Assembly (NCBI RefSeq): GCF_039654945.1
Contig: NW_027361727.1
Location: forward strand, 22,630,001 to 22,694,000
DNA: 64,000 nt
Source of the DNA: Dendrobates tinctorius
Taxonomy: Eukaryota
Reading direction: 5' to 3'
The position numbers were made by a program, and so were the translations under genes. Below, piece by piece: positions 37,528 through 50,742 of this stretch. The notes beneath the pieces are model-generated. The model made no database searches and was not told the origin of the DNA. It saw only the letters and a list, made by a program, of their open reading frames with translations. Numbering within the stretch: position 1 is the stretch's first letter; each line of letters begins with the position of its first letter.

Positions 37528-38711
37528 TATACCATAAGAGGCGTTCCTTACCTCTTCCATCTACCGCTGCGCCTCTGCCGTCTCTTCGGTGTTTTCTTTA
37601 CCGGCTGCAGTGCTGACATCACGTCTACACACGTGACTCTGTCAGCCAATCAGTGAGCTCAGTGCTCTTGTGATCTGTTATCACTTATACAAACTTTTTA
37701 CAATCCCCATTAATCTTGATATACTGAAAAGTTTTACTGCTTCCTAATAGAGTACGTTTTTCAGTTTTTTCAATATCCCTGCTTGCGATCAGTGAGTGCC
37801 AACATTCTTGCAGTTACTTTAAGCAACCCTTAAATTTCATATGTACTTACACCATCAGTTACATTGTCTTTCTGTAGGACCTAGAGAACTAGTCTTAGTT
37901 ACTGGTGGGCCTGTGCCAATCCAGTCCGACACTGCCCGTATATACATATCGCGCTTCATCAGGAGGCGCTGACTTCCATTTATTACATTTATAAACACCT
38001 ACCCTGGTCGTCTACATATATTTTTTTTGTATACCATCCGTCAATATATTCTTAAGAATTAAAGCATTCTGTGCAGCTGTATTTCACTGTTGGGTTTCCA
38101 GTGTAATGCATTGGTATGTCCAACAGGTGGCGATGTTGATGGCTGCAAAATGCTTAGTCCATGAAAATCTCTTGGTATTTTAAAATGAAAATTTTTATTT
38201 TACTTTTTTTTACCCCAGGACATAGGGGATGTTTTTTTTAATGCTTGACATGAGTGATTTTTTTGAATGGAAGGGATGATTATCTGTGATTGGGCTAGAG
38301 TTTACTATTCTTTGCAAATTCACTGACAATTATCATTTTAAGCTTGTATGGGTGACCTAGGCCTGATTTGTTGTAATTCTAAAACTACGCTGATCAACAT
38401 TCAATGTGCAACCCCAAGAAAGAAATGTGGAATTACAGAAACCACAGATGAGAGACGTGTTACTGATCTGCAAATTATGGAAGAATGGAAGCATAAGGTT
38501 CAAAACATATGGATTTATTCCATCTGGAGTATGAGCTGAAGGCAGAAATCTCGGCACTTAACCTCAGTTATAGCGGCCGAGGTTTTATTAGTGGTTGTCT
38601 GAGGTAAGTTCTGCCGCCCAGAATGAACATGGAATAATCATCAAGATCCCCTGCAGGCAGCAACTTTTGCAGATGCCCTCGATGGAGACGAGTCTGGAGA
38701 CGCTGCAGCCA

Positions 38712-40845
38712 TGAATCATAGAATCACAGAATCCTAGAATGTTAGATTTGGAAGCAGGGCTGAACTGGCCTGGCAATTTTGGCAAATGCCAGAAGGGCCT
38801 GTCTGGTCATGGGCTGCCTTGTCTGATACGTTGTTAACAGAATCATTGTTCTCAAGATACCCATATTGTTGAAAGTTGTGATGGAGCACAAAGTCACTGA
38901 CTCCGTCACTTACCCTAGCAGGCCACGGGTATCATTAGAAATATTGGTCTTGTAGAAAATATTCCTTACCTCCATCCAGGATAATATATCCCATCTGGTT
39001 CATCGGGACAGGGACAACATGGGCTTGTGTGATTTCAAATGCCAGGACTGAATTTCAGCCCCAGTCCCCCCCGTACCTGGTGGAAAATTATTGTCCTTGG
39101 TTAGATTTGAGCCAGTAACCCAAGCAACGGAAACCTACAATGCTAACCTGTCCAAATAATGGTTATCATTGCATATATTGTAACTACTATGTGCTACTGT
39201 TTATTGGTGCATGAGTCTCTGTCTCCAACAATAGTGTTATATTGTCAACTGTCAATAAAACATTGTCTAAAAAAAAAGAAGAGTACCAGGACGTTCTCGC
39301 TCCCTGTTCACACTGTGTGTAGCTGGAGCACATTCTGCTTTCACTTTACAAGCTGGCAGACGAGATACTAAGATCCCGAGCTGTAAGAAATACCAGTTGT
39401 AAGCTGTGTTATCTTTGCACATGAATAAATATATCTTCACTGTTGAACAGCTGGACTGTACACAGATGAATCCACTGCCAACATAACCACCCAGCCACCG
39501 TGCTGTCCAAGAGCTGTTTACTGGCTAAGTCATGAAAATGACTTCCAACACCTATGAGAAGGGTGTGAAAAGAGAAACTAGTTCCCATTGCAGCCACTCA
39601 CTTCAATTTTTAAAGTGTGCCTGAGAGGTGGAATCTCAGCGTCCTCTGTCCAAGTTCAACCCATGAGTTCAACAACATTACTAACCACTGAGCCACCATG
39701 CTGCCCAGGAGATTATTTTTAGGTAGGTTATCAATATGACTACCAGCAGCAATGGCAAGATCATGAAAGAGAAAGCTAAATTCCCAAGGCATAAAATCAG
39801 TTAATTGATTATAATTTCTGAAGTGTACCTATCACAGACGTGGTTTGTGGAACCACTGTGCCACGGACCGTGGAGAGCCGGGGGGGGAGGGGCGTGACTA
39901 AGCAAGCACCAGACTGTTCACTAGAGCCTCTGATGGTGAGGTTAGTCTTGGCTCCCGATAAACGCCAGGTGCCACCCAGGGACAGACCAACGGTCGCGCA
40001 GCAGCTGGACACAGGACAGACTTGATGGAGCAGTAGGCTGAGTTTGTATCAGATTGCAGAGTTGAACTAAGGACCAAAGTGTAGGATGGTAATGGAGGTA
40101 ACCACTGAGCCGCTGTGCTGCCTGAGAGTTTATTTCTGGCCAGATCATCAATAGGACTCTCAGCATTTATGGGAAGGTCAGAAAAAACTAGAGCAGGTCC
40201 CATTACAATCACTGACTACAAGTTCTAAAATACACCTGAGAGGAGGAATCTCATCACCCTCAGTCAGAGTTGAACCCAGGGCATCAGCATTGGACAGCAG
40301 CAGTGCTGACCACTGAGCCGTCATGCTGCCTGAGTGCTAACCTCTGGGTAAGTCATCAATATGACTCCCAGAACCTATGGGAAGGTCAGAAAAAAATAGA
40401 CAAAGCTGCCCAACACATCTAACCAATCTGTTCATTGATTTTCAATTTCTAAAGTGAGGTAATTTGGAAGGGACCTCCAGGGTCATAGTGTCCAAACCCC
40501 TGCTCGATGCAGGAGTCACTAAATCATCCTAGATAGATGTCGGTCAGCCTCTGTTGGAAGAATTCCATTGAAGGAGAACTCACCACCTCTCGTGGCAGCC
40601 TGTTCCACTCATTGATACTCTCACTGTCAAAACGTTTTTTTCTAATATCTATTGTGTGTCTCCTCCCTTTCAGTTTCATCCCATAGCTTCTCGTGTTTTT
40701 CCTTGTGCAAATGAGACTAACGATGATCCCTCTACACTGTGACATCTCTTCAGATATTTGTAGACAGCTATTAAGTCTCCTCTCGGTCTTCTTTTTTGCA
40801 AGGTAAACATTCCCAGATCCTGTAACCGTTCCTGGTATGACATGA
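38712..40845 (-). mobile_element. CR1-clade LINE 3' fragment split by a 1.7-kb insertion (tail 38712-38754; body 40463-40845)
   Basis: [31 protein letters not shown] and INEWNRLPREVV; tail repeats (CATAGAAT-like on +) continue into TTTGGAAG GGACCTCCAGGGTCAT after the insertion. Confidence 0.75.
38755..39079. mobile_element. hAT-like MITE remnant
   Basis: CAGGGCTGAACTGG start, degenerate CCAGTCC...CCTG end, subterminal AAATGCCAG repeats. Confidence 0.5.
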
Positions 40846-40869
40846 GATCTTGCTGAGGCCTGGCAGACT

Positions 40870-41170
40870 GCTGCCAAGACACTTAGGAGAGAAGGCAGCA
40901 CCTTTGGTTCCACCACCAAATGAACGCAACGCTGACCTGTTAGTGACCTGGAATGAAGACTAGAGGGGTCCGGCCACGGCCCTATAGGCCACCCCACACC
41001 ATAATACCAGGAGTGGGATTGGAGTGACGTTCCCTTGTGAAGGCCACTTTATGACGTTGTCCACGCGGTCTACAGACCAATCTCCGGCTATCATTGTGTT
41101 CAAGACAAAAACGGACTCATAGCTAAAGATGACAGACCTCCATTCCAGCCTCCATTGCTCCATTTCAACT
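40870..41170 (-). mobile_element. Tc1-like transposase fragment
   Basis: WRLEWRSVIFSYES resembles the first DDE aspartate motif W..V.FSDES; heavily decayed. Confidence 0.55.
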
Positions 41171-42979
41171 TCTGGTCTCCATTAGGAAATGTACCGTAAT
41201 CACTGACCAGAGCACATTCTTGTGGGGTAAATTATGATGACTTTGTTGGGCAGCACTTCATGTCCTTTCTCACTAAGTTCCACTCACTTTTTCAAAAAAT
41301 CTGGCCATAAAAATGCCAAAAGTTGTTGCATAAAAATATTATTTAATTTAAAAACTATAACACCAGTTTTCTGGTACAAACTAAGGAATCGGCTCCTGTC
41401 TCCAATGCTTACAACTGGCAATCAAAACTCGCCAAGGATACTTTTAGTTCCATTTAGTCTTAAAAAAACATCTAGGATCGCCTTTCTAAAAATCAAAGGT
41501 CCAATCTGGCTGGGCGTAAAAGGAAATAAGGGCGAGAAGAGGAAATTCACAGGTCCGTGGACCAGCAGCCATGAAGTACAAAAGTAGATCAGGGTCCAGT
41601 GAATCTTGTCCTCAGCTCCTGTGCGACTCCACTTAGTAACACTGGCTACAAATCATATATTAGTTGTGTAATCCAGAAAGTCCTATTTTCTAATCATTTT
41701 CCTGTAATGGAAGAAAAAAAAAACCCTCTTAATAAATACAGAAAGTCCTGTGGTGTCTGTGGGAACACATGGTGGAGAACACAAGGGGGCGAGCGGAGGG
41801 TGGTGGGCGGCAGGACTTTTACAGCATGTGCAATGAATTCTCAGTAAAGATGGGAGACAGATGGAAGTTTTTTTTTTTTTAAAAATTGAATTGTACAAGT
41901 GTTTTTGTAGCAAAGAATTTGTGTATTTTTTCTCAATTAGGGAAACTATAACTTGCACATTTTACATGTGTGTGTATATATTTATATATACATGTGTGTA
42001 TATATATACTGTGCATAGCTCCCAACCGTCCCGGATTCAGCAGAACTGTCCTGATTTGAGGCCTCAGTACTGCATTCCATCGCATCAGAGCTTTTTTTCC
42101 CTGGCTTCTATACTTGCCTCTCTTCTGTCTGACATCTTCAGGGAGTGGTGCCACATCTCTCTGCTCAGTGCATAAATTATAACAAACATTCACTGCTTCC
42201 CCCTCCTGTGTTTCGATCACCTCAGACCCAAACGCACATCTTCATGTTTGCAAGCTATTGCTTTACACAGGAGTCACAGCCCACAATGCTGTAGAGAGGA
42301 GAATTTGGTAATCTTAACTTCTATTGCAGGCAGTGAACCCAGAAGCAGATTATAATTATACATATCCATAGAGATACAGTGTGTATAACAATGTATTTTT
42401 ATGGTCCCTGCATTTTTTTATTTGCTCCTATAAGGCCCTGTTCACGTTCAGTATTTGGTGAGTTTTTTACCTCAGTATTTGTAATCCAAAATCAGGAGTG
42501 GAAAAGTTTAATAGAAACACATCACCGCTTCTGCATTTTTCACCCACTCTTTTTTTTCTTCTATGAACCTCCCCAATATTTGAACCCACAACCTTATAGA
42601 CAGGAGCTTAAACTACTGAGCCACAAACTCTGCTGATGTAATGGAGAGAATTTTGTGTACTTGTTCTGTGCTGCCGGCTACGACTCCACAGGCAGATTAT
42701 ATAAAGATACATTGTACTCAGCTCACCTGCATTGCATTCTAGGTTACAAGTACCGTGGATGTGATTTATATAAATCCCATGTCCACTGTGCTTCCACTTG
42801 ATGCTCCGTAAACTCACCAGTGGTGCGGGTTTACTAGCCGTGGCATGTCAATTATCAGAAGTGGAGATTCTAGTTTCCACTGCGTAATCTCACACATATC
42901 CACTCATTAGATGCAGTAAATCTGGATGGTTCACTGAACACATGCAGCTTTACCTGCGTGATTAGAACGCAACATAAAA

Positions 42980-44985
42980 CAGGATGTAACTCAGAATCAG
43001 TACTGGATCAGTAATGTAATGTATGTACACAGTGAGTGCACCAGCAGAATAGTGAGTGCAGCTCTGGAGTATAATACAGGATGTAAATCAGGATCAGTAA
43101 TGTAATGTATGTACACAGTGACTGCACCAGCAGAATAGTGAGTGCAGCTCTGGAGTATAATACAGGATGTAAATCAGGATCAGTAATGTAATGTATGTAC
43201 ACAGTGACTGCACCAGCAGAATAGTGAGTGCAGCTCTGGGGTATAATACAGGATGTAACTCAGGATCAGTAATGTAATGTGTGTACACAGTGACTGCACC
43301 AGCAGAATAGTGAGTGCAGCTCTGGAGTATAATACAGGATATAACTCAGAATCAGTAATGTATGTACACAGTGACTCCACCAGCAGAATAGTGAGTGCAG
43401 CTCTGGGGTATAATACAGGATGTAAATCAGTATCAGTAATGTAATGTATGTACACAGTGACTGCACCAGCAGAATAGTGAGTGCTGCGTTGGGGTATAAT
43501 ACAGGATGTAACTCAGGATCAGTAATGTAATGTATGTACACAGTGACTGCACCAGCAGAATAGTGAGTGCAGCTCTGGAGTATAATACAGGATGTAACTC
43601 ATGATCAGTAATGTATGTACACAGTGACTGCACCAGCAGAATAGTGAGTGTAGCTCTGGGGTATAATACAGGATGTAACTCAGGATCAGTAATGTAATGT
43701 ATGTACACAGTGACTGCACCAGCAGAATAGTGAGTGCAGCTCTGGAGTATAATACAGGATATAACTCAGAATCAGTAATGTATGTACACAGTGACTGCAC
43801 CAGCAGAATAGTGAGTGCAGCTCTGGGGTATAATACAGGATGTAACTCAGGATCAGTAATGTAATGTATGTACACAGTGACTGCACCAGCAGAATAGTGA
43901 GTGCAGCTCTGGAGTATAATACAGGATATAACTCAGAATCAGTAATGTAATGTATGTACACAGTGACTGCACCAGCAGAATAGTGAGTGCAGCTCTGGAG
44001 TATAATACAGGATGTAACTCAGAATCAGTAATGTAATGTATGTACACAGTGACTGCACCAGCAGAATAGTGAGTGCAGCTCTGGAGTAAAATACAGGATA
44101 TACAGTAACTCAGAATCAGTAATGTAATGTATGTACACAGTGACTGCACCAGCAGAATAGTGAGTGCAGCTCTGGAGTATAATACAGGATATAACTCAGA
44201 ATTAGTAATGTATGTACACAGTGACTGCACCAGCAGAATAGTGAGTGCAGCTCTGGGGTATAATACAGGATGTAACTCAGGATCAGTAATGTAATGTATG
44301 TACACAGTGACTGCACCAGCAGAATAGTGAGTGCAGCTCTGGAGTATAATACAGGATATAACTCAGAATCAGTAATGTAATGTATGTACACAGTGACTGC
44401 ACCAGCAGAATAGTGAGTGCAGCTCTGGAGTATAATACAGGATGTAACTCAGAATCAGTAATGTAATGTATGTACACAGTGACTGCACCAGCAGAATAGT
44501 GAGTGCAGCTCTGGAGTAAAATACAGGATATACAGTAACTCAGAATCAGTAATGTAATGTATGTACACAGTGACTGCACCAGCAGAATAGTGAGTGCAGC
44601 TCTGGAGTATAATACAGGATATAACTCAGAATCAGTAATGTAATGTATGTACACAGTGACTGCACCAGCAGAATAGTGAGTGCAGCTCTGGGGTATAATA
44701 CAGGATGTAACTCAGAATCAGTAATGTAATGTATGTACACAGTGACTGCACCAGCAGAATAGTGAGTGCAGCTCTGGAGTATAATACAGGATGTAACTCA
44801 GGATCAGTAATGTAATGTATGTACACAGTGACTGCACCAGCAGAATAGTGAGTGCAGCTCTGGGGTATAATACAGGATGTAACTCAGGGTCAGTAATATA
44901 ATGTATGTACACAGTGACTGCACCGGCAGAATAGTGAGTGCAGCTCTGGGATATAATAGTGTGTGTAGCTCAGAATCAGTAATAA
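42980..44985 (-). repeat. 86-bp minisatellite, about 23 units, reverse complement of the 32040 array
   Basis: Same unit on the opposite strand, with 81-bp and 91-bp variants. Confidence 0.93.
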
Positions 44986-45909
44986 TGTATTTGTGCTCTG
45001 TATGTATATAGTGTTTGGTGAGCTTAGGCTTTGACAGAGTAGCGATGTTGATGTGTTATGTTCCCAGTGATTTCTCCCCTCTTGCGGGTTGTGTGTTCCT
45101 CTAGTCTAGGACCTGTACAGCATTTGTAGTGACTCTGAGTTCCATTATAAATCTGAGCTTCTCTGACCCAGTTTTGACTATTGAATATTAACATTCATAT
45201 CATCGCGTTGCTGTTCCTGGCAGAAATCATGACTTCAGATAAATGATAGATTGGGCTGTAATGAGAGCGCTCGCTTCGTGCACACATTCAGGGCGCAGTC
45301 ATGTTCATGTGTTGTGCCTGGTTTTCTAATGAGTGGCGCTTGCATCATTGTTTCCATGGCAACGCTTTTGTTCTTTTTTTTTTAAAGCAAGTAATCCATT
45401 TTTCATTTCCTCCACAATGTATGTTCCTTTGGGAATTAATGTATCCGTCTTCTATTATGCTCCGCCTCATCTAATGACATAAAAAAACGCTGGTAAGTTT
45501 TGATATCCCAAATTGTAGGGCCTGAGGGGCATGAGCCATTATTCCTACGGGATGCTCCATGTCTTAGGCCCTGGCTACATCTGTTCTACAAACTATCAGT
45601 CATATCTGGATTTTTCTTTAAAAGGAACTATTTTCAATCCATACTTACATATTCTTTAGACCCAGTAAATCAGGATTTTTTTTTATTATCAAGTGGATAC
45701 AATCAGCAAGGAAAATCCTCCTTGCTGATGGAATCCTCTCATTGAAGAAAATGTTGAATTCCTGCCATTTTGGGAGGCGGAAGAAGTGAACATCGACAGA
45801 TCTCTAGTGACCCACTGCACGAGTGCAGAAACCTCAAGATTACAAAGATTGGAGCTGATAACATATAAAATGTATTTGTAGCAGGCTATCATAGCTTGCT
45901 TTTATTTCT

Positions 45910-48040
45910 AGAGCGACAAAGACCCACTTCCAATTAGTGTAGACGAAGATCCACTCCCACTTCCTGCAGAGAGACAACGACCCACTCCCACTTCCTGCAG
46001 AGAGACAAAGACCCGCCCCCACTTCCTGCAGAGAGACAAAGACCCACCCCACTTCCTGCAGAGAGACAAAGACCCACCCCAACTTCCTGTAGAGAGACAA
46101 AGACCCACCCCAACTTCCTGCAGAGAGACAAAGACCCACCCCAACTTCCTGTAGAGAGACAAAGACCCGCCCCCACTTCCTGCAGAGAGACAAAGACCCG
46201 CCCAAACTTCCTGCAGAGAGACAAAGACCCGCCCCAACTTCTTCCAGAGAGACAAAGACCCGCCCCAACTTCCTGCAGAGAGACAAAGACCCGCCCCAAC
46301 TTCCTGTAGAGAGACAAAGACCCACCCCCACTTCCTGCAGAGACAATGACCCACACCCACTTCCTGCAGAGAGACAGAGGCCCACTCCCACTTCCTGTAG
46401 AGAGACAAAGACCCACCCCAACTTCCTGCAGAGAGACAAAGACCCACCCCAACTTCCTGCAGAGAGACAAAGACCCACCCCAACTTCCTGTAGAGAGACA
46501 AAGACCCGCCCCCACTTCCTGCAGAGAGACAAAGACCCGCCCAAACTTCCTGCAGAGAGACAAAGACCCGCCCCAACTTCTTCCAGAGAGACAAAGACCC
46601 GCCCCAACTTCCTGCAGAGAGACAAAGACCCGCCCCAACTTCCTGCAGAGAGACAAAGACCCACCCCCACTTCCTGCAGAGAGACAAAGACCCGCCCCCA
46701 CTTCCTGCAGAGAGACAAAGACCCGCCCCCACTTCCTGCAGAGAGACAAAGACCTGCCCCAACTTCCTGCAGAGAGACAACGACCCACTCCCACTTCCTG
46801 CAGAGAGACAAAGACCCGCCCCCACTTCCTGCAGAGAGACAATAACCCACCCCACTTCCTGCAGAGAGACAAAGACCCACCCCACTTCCTGCAGAGAGAC
46901 AAAGACCCACCCCCACTTCCTGCAGAGAGACAAAGACCCGCCCCCACTTCCTGCAGAGAGACAAAGACCCACCCCAACTTCCTGCAGAGAGACAAAGACC
47001 CACCCCAACTTCCTGCAGAGAGACAAAGACCCACCCCAACTTCCTGCAGAGAGACAAAGACCCACCCCCACTTCCTGTAGAGAGACAAAGACCCGCCCCC
47101 ACTTCCTGCAGAGAGACAAAGACCCGCCCAAACTTTCTGCAGAGAGACAAAGACCCGCCCCAACTTCTTCCAGAGAGACAAAGACCCGCCCCAACTTCCT
47201 ACAGAGAGACAAAGACCCGCCCCAACTTCCTGCAGAGAGACAAAGACCCACCCCCACTTCCTGCAGAGAGACAAAGACCCGCCCCCACTTCCTGCAGAGA
47301 GACAAAGACCTGCCCCAACTTCCTGCAGAGACAAAGACCCACTCCCACTTCCTGTAGAGAGACAGACTCGCCCCCACTTCCTGTAGAGACAAAGACCCAC
47401 CAGCACTTCCTGTAAACAGACAAAGTACCGCCCCCACTTAGTGTAGAGAGACAGAGACCAACCCTCACTTCATGTAGAGAGCTAAAGATCCACCTCCTCT
47501 TCCTGTAGAGACAGAGACCCTCCCCCACTTACTGTAGAGAGACAAGTACACACCCCCACTTAGTGTAGAGACAGAGACCCAACCCCACTTCCTGCAGAGA
47601 GCTAAAGATCCACTACCACTTAGTGTAGAGGTACAGAGATCCATGCACACTTCATGTTGTGGGACAAAGACCCAGTTCCACTTAGTGTTGAGACATTGAC
47701 CCACCCCCACTTATTGCAGAGAAACAAAGACCCACCCCCTCTTACTGTAGTTGCAAAAAGTCTGCATAGCCTTCAATTTTTTAAAGACCATATACCCACT
47801 TCCTGTACAGAGTTAGACCCACCCCCACTTCCTGTAGAGACAAAGACCACCGCCACTTTCTTAGACAAACACCCGCTCACATGTCCTGTAGAGAGACCCC
47901 CACCCACTTCCTTTAGTTGCAAATGTCTATATAACTTTCAATTAACTTTGTTTTTTAAAGTCCAAAGACATGCCCCCATTGCTTGTAGAGAAACAATGAC
48001 CCACCACCACTTTCTATAGAGAGGCAAAGACCCACCTCCA
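45910..48040. repeat. 31-bp minisatellite (homogeneous to about 47400, degenerate to about 48040)
   Basis: Unit ACTTCCTGCAGAGAGACAAAGACCC(G/A)CCCC(A/C). Confidence 0.93.
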
Positions 48041-49592
48041 TATCCTGTGGTTGCAAAAGTCTACATACCCTTCAATTTTTCATCTTCCATGTATATCCCT
48101 AGATTCATACTAATCATGGCTGGAGCTCCTCCATTCATCATCCATTCACCGTGGGTTGATATTGAATGTTTGACAATACAATACAGTATAACAAAAGCTT
48201 GACATGTTTTATTTTTGACCATGCAGTAGTTATCACATGAACGTAGTGCAGCATGTTTATACACTGCCAAAGAGAAAAATTACAGATGTGACACATACTT
48301 CACAAGATGTGTCCTGTCCTCCACCTTTGGCTTTAAATTCTAGAATACTTGGAACCCCTAAAACAACATGAAAGATGGGGAATTAACATCCACATAGAAG
48401 GGCTGTGAGGTGTGATTCACCCTAAAAACACCAGGGAGTCAAATGTCCGGAACCTGTCAAGAAGCTTAAAGGAACGGCCCACTTTTTGGCACCGTGACAT
48501 TTTTAATATATTCACAGTACAGTATGTGTGATTAATTCTTCCTTACACCTTTTAATCATCAGAGCTTTTTTTTTACCCCAGATGCTATGCCCTAAACAAC
48601 AATCCTACTGCCAACAACAACCACAGGGTGGGACTTACTGTATCCAGTGTATAAATGTATGCAGTAAGCTCCTCAGCTCCCTCTACTGGTGGCTAAGTAT
48701 CCTGCAGTACTGAGCAGAGTATCTCTGAATCCAGCACTGAGTTGAGATAAACAATACAAAGCAGCAGGGGGTGTTTGTCTGTGCTTCTTTCCTACCTCCT
48801 CCTCCTTAATCCTCCCTTCTCCATAGATTTCTATAGGCAGCTGCAATGTGATCCCTCTGGCAGTTTATGTTGTATTGAGGAAGACAGATATTGGCTGTTT
48901 TTTTTATAGTGAGTGATGAGTTCAGTAGGTGAAGGGGAAGTGGCTTATAAGTGGAGAAAGATGCAAACTTCTCTGATAAGATATAATATAAAGTTCCTCA
49001 TCAGTCATCAGCTCTCTTCCAATCAATGATGCTAGTTGAACTACTCAGCATTTACTGATTGGAGAAGAGCTGTTGACAATCTTTTGACTCCCCTTGTTTT
49101 TTTGTTTTGCCCTTTGTGTGAAGAAAAGTGTAAATGACGGCAAATGGGGTGAGATTGTGCTTGTATTCCTATCTCATACAATATGTAACACAGATACACA
49201 CGCTACATCTATTTACATTTTCTTCCTAATAACACATCATTTACCAAATAGAAACGCTGTCCTGAAAATATTTAAAAAAAAAATTCCAAGACTTCTCTTG
49301 TGCTGCACCTATTTTTTGGAATGTTCTAACTCATTCTTTAAAGTGTTTTTTACTTCATGAATTTATCCAAAATGTCTATAAATTAATTTGTCTCTCTGCT
49401 TTCAAAGCTTTAACTTACCTTTTGTTAAAAAATATGTATAAATATATTCTCCTTCCAAAACATGTAAGGATTTATATACCGCAATATGTAATATAATCTC
49501 TGAGAGGTCTTGAAGAGTTTTTTTTATTATAACATATAGATATATCTATATATACTGTATATATATGTACTTTTTTATTTCATTATATTACA

Positions 49593-49633
<41 letters not shown>

Positions 49634-49780
49634 ATTATATTGATCATTTAACATTATTATAAAATTATATAGAAATGTATATACGCTCACAGTGATTATA
49701 TATTACATTATGTGATGGAGGTCCAAAAATAGCCTAAAATATGTACGTATATATATATATATATATATATATACTATATG

Positions 49781-50723
49781 TGTTAGGAGTCAAGTTTCCC
49801 CCACTGCACAGGGGGAATCTCAAGCCATGTCCTCTGCGGTCTCCTATTCTTCCGCGGCCGCAGAGGTTCCTGCTCAGCAGAGACGTTGGTCCCAGCGTCT
49901 TCCTCAGGCTACTGCTATGCGTCTGGTTGCTCCTCCATGCTTGAGTCAGCGGCGAGCAGACGCTCCTGGGACTAAGTCCTGCTGTTTTCCATCTGAGCAT
50001 GCCCGTGAGACGACCGCTCATTGGAGGTTGGAGGTCACATGCTCCAGGTCCTCAAGCAGCTCATATTGGGCCATCAGGAAGGTTCTGGAAGACTGCGCCT
50101 ATAAAAGGATCGCACGGCCGTGTGCTAGTATAGACTGCATTGTCAGACTATGTGGAGTGAGAGTTGTATGCACATATGTATGTCTCAGGTGAATGACTCA
50201 TTATGAAGCCCCTACCCTTGGTACGCATGTGTTGTGTAGCCTTGCCTGTTAAGCGCCCAGGCTGAGGTGTAGGTAGGAGGCAGAGTCAGAGACTGGCATC
50301 AGCGCCAACTGGTGGCTTTGTCTGTACGCCACGGTGCACGTGGTCGGCACTCCATGGTTGCCAGCGTCCATTAGTGGCGTCCACAGGTGTGACGTGCACG
50401 CTTAGTAGGTCTAGAGGGACTCTGACCCCGTGTCCTTGGAGCTGGGTTCTGTGACCGTCTACTGAGTGCGTCCTTTGCCGAGCTCTGTGAGCTGTAACAG
50501 GCTCCGGCATTTATGTCCCGCGGTAGTGCGGCTCTGTGAAGCAACAGAGCCCGCCCCTGTACACACCGGGTGACGTTAACCCGTGTGTGTCCTTCTTTCA
50601 TACCGCCATATAACGTCCGCCATTACCGAGCAGCAGTTTACCATGTCTGCACGGTGGACCCCGGGCTGCGAACGCACTTTATTACCATCTTTTATTATTT
50701 GGTGCGTTCCGCCAGCCCTAACA
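49781..50723 (+). mobile_element. Solo LTR (943 bp)
   Basis: TGTTAGG...CCTAACA inverted termini; TSD TATG at 49777-49780 and 50724-50727; TATAAAA at 50100. Confidence 0.85.
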
Positions 50724-50742
50724 TATGTATATAACATATATA

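Noticed and set aside
37945-37972. Second hammerhead (CCTGATGAAGCGCG on the minus strand)
   Set aside because: No GAAA/stem III half follows; at most a truncated remnant.
32010-44912. Series of MYIHYITDPEL... ORFs
   Set aside because: By-products of the 86-bp repeat arrays.
45840-47528. Long ORFs of 436-509 aa in three minus frames and 244 aa on plus
   Set aside because: Translations of the 31-bp minisatellite, which lacks stops; no domain or splice context.
49004-49078. Short hairpin that could be a pre-miRNA
   Set aside because: Imperfect inverted repeat among MITE-like remnants; no supporting evidence.
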